Below, piece after piece: positions 32,187 through 36,230 of a DNA stretch of 36,230 bases. Where the stretch lies: positions 1 to 36,230 of IMG/VR virus record IMGVR_UViG_3300045988_020353, one strand, 5' to 3'. Numbering within the stretch: the stretch's first letter is position 1; each line of letters opens with the position of its first letter. Position numbers and translations under genes: made by a program. The stretch is from a virus. The notes beneath the pieces were generated by a model. It saw nothing but the letters and a program-made list of their open reading frames with translations. It did not search any database and was not told the origin of the DNA.

Positions 32187-33206
32187 ATGAAAAAGTTTGA
32201 AAAATTACGTATTATAGAGGCGGGCGAAACCGCCAACAGCTATGAAGAGGGGGGCAAGACTTATAAATTAGTCATCTCTGCAAGTGCTTTCCCGTCACTC
32301 GTGGCGGTTGGCAATTCCCGCCCGATCCATGCGCGCCGGACACATAACGGTGCGGACTTGCTAGACGGTTACGTAGGCTATTTTACCAACTTCCAACACG
32401 ACGAGACAGCCGTTTACGCCGATCTGATTATGTCGGAAGCACTGGAAACGGCGTACCCTAGCGAGTTTAATTTTATGGTTGCCATGATCGAGAAAGAGCC
32501 GGAATTATTAGGCGTATCGGTTAATCAGTCAGACGTTAAAAAACTGGACGACGAGACAGGAATAGCAACCGTAACAGAGGTTAGCGAATTATTTAGTGCC
32601 GATTTGGTGGGACTTCCCGCGGCAACTAGTTCTTTATTTAATAACAATTTAAACAATTTATCAATGAGTAAATTTTGGACGAATTTGGCGAAGCTAGTAA
32701 AGACTACTAAGCTAGCTAGAGAGACCGTCACAACTAAAGAGGGGAAAGAGCTTGTTATCATCGCGCAAGGCGACCAAGCGGCTTTAGGTGACGAAGTACA
32801 GGACGCCGAGGGCAACCCGGTAGAAGATGGCGACTACTACATTTCGATTGGAGAAGGTGAGGACATGATTATATCAGTCATTGCCGGAAAGATTTCCAAC
32901 GTGAAAGAAGTAGAGGACGAAACCGACCGCGAAGAGCGCGGGCAAGAAGAATTTGCAGAAAAGACAGAAGAAGATCCGGAGGACGAGAAGAAAACCGCTA
33001 CACCGGAAGAACTGGCAGCGATTCGCAAAGAAGTTACCGAACTAAAGGCAACCGTTTCAAGCCTCAAAACTCAACTAAGCAAACGTACCGGAACACCCGT
33101 GGCATCTAAGACCGAGGTAAAGACCGAGCAGAAAGGCGAAAGCAAGTTGAGCCGTGAAGCAGTTCAGGCAGCAGCAGCAGCGATGCGCAAAAAATTCAAT
33201 TACTAA
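32187..33206 (+). CDS. Prohead protease (HK97/S78-like) fused to an acidic coiled-coil scaffold-like C-terminal region (339 aa)
   Basis: HNGADLLDGYVGY, LLGVSVNQ and SELFSADLVGLPAATSS resemble the S78 His, Ser and C-terminal EvSlV..PA blocks. The C-terminal region is EDETDREERGQEEFAEKTEEDPEDEKK plus a helix. Lies directly upstream of the major capsid gene. Confidence 0.6.
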   Translation: MKKFEKLRIIEAGETANSYEEGGKTYKLVISASAFPSLVAVGNSRPIHARRTHNGADLLDGYVGYFTNFQHDETAVYADLIMSEALETAYPSEFNFMVAMIEKEPELLGVSVNQSDVKKLDDETGIATVTEVSELFSADLVGLPAATSSLFNNNLNNLSMSKFWTNLAKLVKTTKLARETVTTKEGKELVIIAQGDQAALGDEVQDAEGNPVEDGDYYISIGEGEDMIISVIAGKISNVKEVEDETDREERGQEEFAEKTEEDPEDEKKTATPEELAAIRKEVTELKATVSSLKTQLSKRTGTPVASKTEVKTEQKGESKLSREAVQAAAAAMRKKFNY

Positions 33207-33226
33207 ACCAATAAAATATTAAAATT

Positions 33227-34183
33227 ATGGCATTTACTTTTAGCGATTTAAACAAATTGAATATCGACAGCCTAGCCGATGTTATTTCCTTGACACTGGG
33301 ACTGGAAGGCGAATTGTCCAACGGCGTAACAGTGTTGGCGGGTATTGAGAAGGGCAAACCTATCTTGACATTCACCGCAACAGACAAAACGGTTAGACGT
33401 TCCGCAGGTTGCGACAGCGAATACAAATATAGTTCGCTCAACGATAAGGTTAAATACTACGATCACGCGCAGATCGAGTTGCCTATCGTGGTTTGTCTGC
33501 AAGACCTTTGGGGCAAAATGGTTGCAAAAGGTGTTCACCTTTCGGCTGATTTCGACCAAACACAGCTGGCAGCGTTCATGCAGAACGAAATTCTGAAAGT
33601 TCTTGAGGCTGATATGTTGCGTCTCGTATGGTTGGACGGTTTGAAAACAACTGATACAGCAGGTGAATACACAGTATTCAAAAACGGTGGTATCATCAAG
33701 CAAATGCAGGCATCAACCGAAACTATTAAGGCTCTTGTACCTTCGGGCGCAGGCGCAAACGTTTTGGAATGTCTGAAATGGTGTATCGACAACCAACGCC
33801 CGGATCAACTGGACGATTCAGAGTTTTATGTAACTAGCAACATTATGCGCGCTTACAAGGACTTAGTTGAAGCTAAAGACAACCATTTAGCACAAGCTAA
33901 CATGGAGAATGGCAAACCCGCTTACTACTTTGAGGGTTACAAGTTGAACGAGTTGCGCCACGTGTCTAACAGTGCTAAGGGCGACGCTTTGACAGTTCAG
34001 TCTTTCATCGCATTCTCGCCGAAAACTAACATTCAGTTGGCTTTGGAAGATGCAAGTCTGACTATTGATCCATTCATCCGTGACGCTAAAGACCGTAAGT
34101 ATTACAGCACTACGGTGTTTGCAGCAGATGCAATGCTTGCAGTTCCGCAGTATATGAAATTATGCACCGCAGCAGGTGTTTAA
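33227..34183 (+). CDS. Major capsid protein, HK97-fold (318 aa)
   Basis: Size, position after the protease/scaffold, and composition and codon usage typical of a highly expressed structural gene. By-eye call. Confidence 0.7.
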   Translation: MAFTFSDLNKLNIDSLADVISLTLGLEGELSNGVTVLAGIEKGKPILTFTATDKTVRRSAGCDSEYKYSSLNDKVKYYDHAQIELPIVVCLQDLWGKMVAKGVHLSADFDQTQLAAFMQNEILKVLEADMLRLVWLDGLKTTDTAGEYTVFKNGGIIKQMQASTETIKALVPSGAGANVLECLKWCIDNQRPDQLDDSEFYVTSNIMRAYKDLVEAKDNHLAQANMENGKPAYYFEGYKLNELRHVSNSAKGDALTVQSFIAFSPKTNIQLALEDASLTIDPFIRDAKDRKYYSTTVFAADAMLAVPQYMKLCTAAGV

Positions 34184-34202
34184 CAACTAAAACAAAATTT
34201 AA

Positions 34203-34739
34203 ATGGCTTGTATAAAGACATTAAATAAAGCAATTACCTACGACTGCCAAGCTGGTAGCGTAGGTATCGCTGAAATGTATCTGATTAACTTCGAAGACGT
34301 AACGTCGGCATCGGTAGACAGTAATAACCATAATACGGCTATTACGTTGAAACCGGGAGCAAAAACCATTCCCGTAGAGTGTTACAAGAATGGCGCGAAG
34401 TATACGGAAGCCCTAAAGCTTTCGGACGTTTCAGCAGGTTTAGATCAGTCGGTTATGTTCACATTATACGATAAGACAGTGATAAGTGCTAATCATATAA
34501 TGGCGGCGCTTCTATCGGGGCGTTTCATGGCGGCTATTAAGTTTAACGATATCAATTCATGGCCAATTATGGCAGGATTAAAATGTGGGCTTGAAATTTC
34601 ACAAGTTGATACGGATTCTAACGCGGCGGGCGGTTTTACTACGATCACTATTAAGACGCCGGACGATGCTAGAGGAGAAAATAGAGTAACAATAGATCCG
34701 GGGGCGTGGAACACTATCGCAGCCGCAAAAATAGCTTAA
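34203..34739 (+). CDS. Structural paralogue 1 of 3 (178 aa); putative major tail/tube or capsid accessory protein
   Basis: MACIKTLNKAITYDC..GIAEMYLINFEDV ... AAGGFTTITIKTPDDARGE. Shares its N- and C-terminal blocks with 34743 and 35290. Confidence 0.6.
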   Translation: MACIKTLNKAITYDCQAGSVGIAEMYLINFEDVTSASVDSNNHNTAITLKPGAKTIPVECYKNGAKYTEALKLSDVSAGLDQSVMFTLYDKTVISANHIMAALLSGRFMAAIKFNDINSWPIMAGLKCGLEISQVDTDSNAAGGFTTITIKTPDDARGENRVTIDPGAWNTIAAAKIA

Positions 34740-34742
34740 AAT

Positions 34743-35276
34743 ATGGGATGCTTAAATAAATTAACTAAGGCGATCTTAGTCGATTGCGACGGAGGGGCAA
34801 CAGGCGTAGCCGAGATGCTTCTTATCAATTTCGCGGATATTGCGTCAAAAAGCGTAGCGGATGGTATTGCCACTATAACGCTAGCCGCTAGTGCTAAGGC
34901 CGTGCTGGTTGAGAGTAACAAGAAGGGTGCGAACGCTACGGAGGAAATAAAGACTAATGATAATGCGCCAACAGCGTTAACGCAAGCAGTTACGTTCACT
35001 CTTTATCAAGGTAACGCGAACGGAACACATATAGTAAATCAGATTTTAAACGGTACATTTTTAGCACTGGTTAAGGCTAAATCCGGGAGACACCGCGTTT
35101 ACGGGTATAATTACGGTTTGAACGCTACCGCTATTTCGGAGGACTTGAACGCGAACGGCGGTTTTACTACGATCACGCTATCAACGTCAGAAAATGTTAT
35201 TGGTGAGGCGCGTGTAAGTTTTGCAGATGCTAGTTATAACACTTTGAGAGCCGCGGCGATCGTAACAGAATCATAA
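34743..35276 (+). CDS. Structural paralogue 2 of 3 (177 aa)
   Basis: MGCLNKLTKAILVDC..GVAEMLLINFADI ... ANGGFTTITLSTSENVIGE. The 20-nt run GGCGGTTTTACTACGATCAC is shared with paralogue 1. Confidence 0.6.
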   Translation: MGCLNKLTKAILVDCDGGATGVAEMLLINFADIASKSVADGIATITLAASAKAVLVESNKKGANATEEIKTNDNAPTALTQAVTFTLYQGNANGTHIVNQILNGTFLALVKAKSGRHRVYGYNYGLNATAISEDLNANGGFTTITLSTSENVIGEARVSFADASYNTLRAAAIVTES

Positions 35277-35289
35277 GGGAGGATATTAT

Positions 35290-35829
35290 ATGGCATGTAT
35301 AAGAAAACTGGTAAGAGATATCACATTTGATTGCGCAAATTTAGATTTTCTGGGAGGTACGGGGGAGATAGACGAGGCTATTATCATTAACTCGAGTGAT
35401 ATATCAACCATATCAGAAACCGGAGGGGTAGGAACTATAACTATGTTAACAGGGAAAAAAGGATACGTAGTTACCTCCATAAACAACTCTGTGATGTATC
35501 AGGATGCAATTAAAACAAATGATACCGTACCCGCAGCGGAAGATCAGAGCGTAGTGATTAAGGTGTTGTCCTCTATGGATAAAACTGCATACCGGATAAC
35601 AGTATCAAATATGTTAGGCGGAAATTTCCGGGTAGCTCTAAAATCCAAATATGGATATTACTATTTGGCAGGGGCGTTTTGTGGTTTAGAAGCTTCGGAC
35701 CTTGCAACCGATTCAAGTACAGGCGGTATTTCGACGGTAACACTTAAAACGCCGGAAGCGTCAACGGGTGATAGACTTGTAGTAATATCAAAAGAGACAT
35801 ACGACGGTCTAAAGATACCGAAAGTTTAA
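35290..35829 (+). CDS. Structural paralogue 3 of 3 (179 aa), the most divergent
   Basis: MACIRKLVRDITFDC ... STGGISTVTLKTPEASTGD. Same length and the same terminal blocks. Confidence 0.6.
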   Translation: MACIRKLVRDITFDCANLDFLGGTGEIDEAIIINSSDISTISETGGVGTITMLTGKKGYVVTSINNSVMYQDAIKTNDTVPAAEDQSVVIKVLSSMDKTAYRITVSNMLGGNFRVALKSKYGYYYLAGAFCGLEASDLATDSSTGGISTVTLKTPEASTGDRLVVISKETYDGLKIPKV

Positions 35830-35850
35830 TAAATTAAAACAGTTTAAAAG

Positions 35851-36230
35851 ATGGAAAAAATTACAGATATAGGGCAGATCGTTTCATTGTGCCAAACAAT
35901 GACTAACCTAAAATTGGATATTGTGTGCGGCGCGGATCGTCTGTTTGCGCAACGTTGGTATGAAGAACGCTATTTGACAGGACAGCACACCCGCTACGTG
36001 ATGAAGCCAGGACTATTCATCAACTCGATTGAAGACGGAAGAGTGTACCGCGCTTTCAACACAAGCGACGAAAAGGCAGTAGCGTTCATGGAATCAAACG
36101 AGAATTACAAGGACTATTTTATAGACTTGCAAGCAGAACCGGAAACAGAACCGGAAACAGAACCGGAAACAGAACCGGAAACAGAACCGGAAACAGAACC
36201 GGAAACAGAACCGGAAACAGAACCGGAAAC
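35851..36230 (+). CDS. 5' part of the junction-spanning ORF: about 95-aa N-terminal domain followed by (EPET)n; continues at nt 2-286
   Basis: ATG at 35851 and no stop to the window end. MEKITDIGQIVSLCQTMTNLKLDIVCGADRLFAQRWYEERYLTGQHTRYVMKPG...YFIDLQA(EPET)n. The repeat phase matches the left end. Confidence 0.75.
   Translation, partial: MEKITDIGQIVSLCQTMTNLKLDIVCGADRLFAQRWYEERYLTGQHTRYVMKPGLFINSIEDGRVYRAFNTSDEKAVAFMESNENYKDYFIDLQAEPETEPETEPETEPETEPETEPETEPETEPE
36136..36230 (+). repeat. In-frame 12-bp tandem repeat (GAACCGGAAACA)n, 7.9 units; right copy of the terminal overlap
   Basis: Direct reading. 36138-36230 is identical to 1-93. Confidence 0.95.

Overview
The window is a complete, circularly closed tailed dsDNA phage genome of about 36.1 kb. 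The first 93 nt equal the last 93 nt, inside an in-frame 12-bp tandem repeat. Every credible gene is on the + strand. Three things point to a Bacteroidota (probably Bacteroidales) host: promoter boxes of the -33 TTTG / -7 TAnnTTTG type, no Shine-Dalgarno sites, and a triple-BACON structural protein. Layout: (1) portal and lysis cassette, 302-3301 (holin, M15 endolysin, anchored coiled-coil protein). (2) A 566-bp AT-rich non-coding region. (3) Early/replication block, 3868-19803: 59-aa HTH, DUF2800-type Cas4-like nuclease, DUF2815 SSB-like protein, family A DNA polymerase, VirE-type primase-helicase, VRR-NUC, Dam-type methyltransferase and SNF2 helicase, interleaved with about 25 small orphan ORFs. 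(4) A second AT-rich non-coding region of about 560 bp. (5) Late block, 20406-36230 continuing into 1-286: TerS, TerL, beta-helix fibre, BACON protein, tape measure, protease-scaffold, major capsid, three tandem paralogues and an EPET-repeat protein. I saw no integrase, repressor, tRNA, CRISPR array or mobile element. The most notable observations are: a conserved non-coding module (15-nt box, 54 nt, 86-nt block) present in both large intergenic regions that bracket the early genes; a duplicated hairpin-plus-leader element with compensatory stem changes; 45/49-identical duplicated early promoters; a triplicated structural gene; a non-canonical morphogenesis gene order; a holin tail overprinted on the endolysin start; and several small ORFs absent from the ORF track, including the HTH protein. 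All homology calls are by-eye motif recognition and need HMM or structure confirmation.
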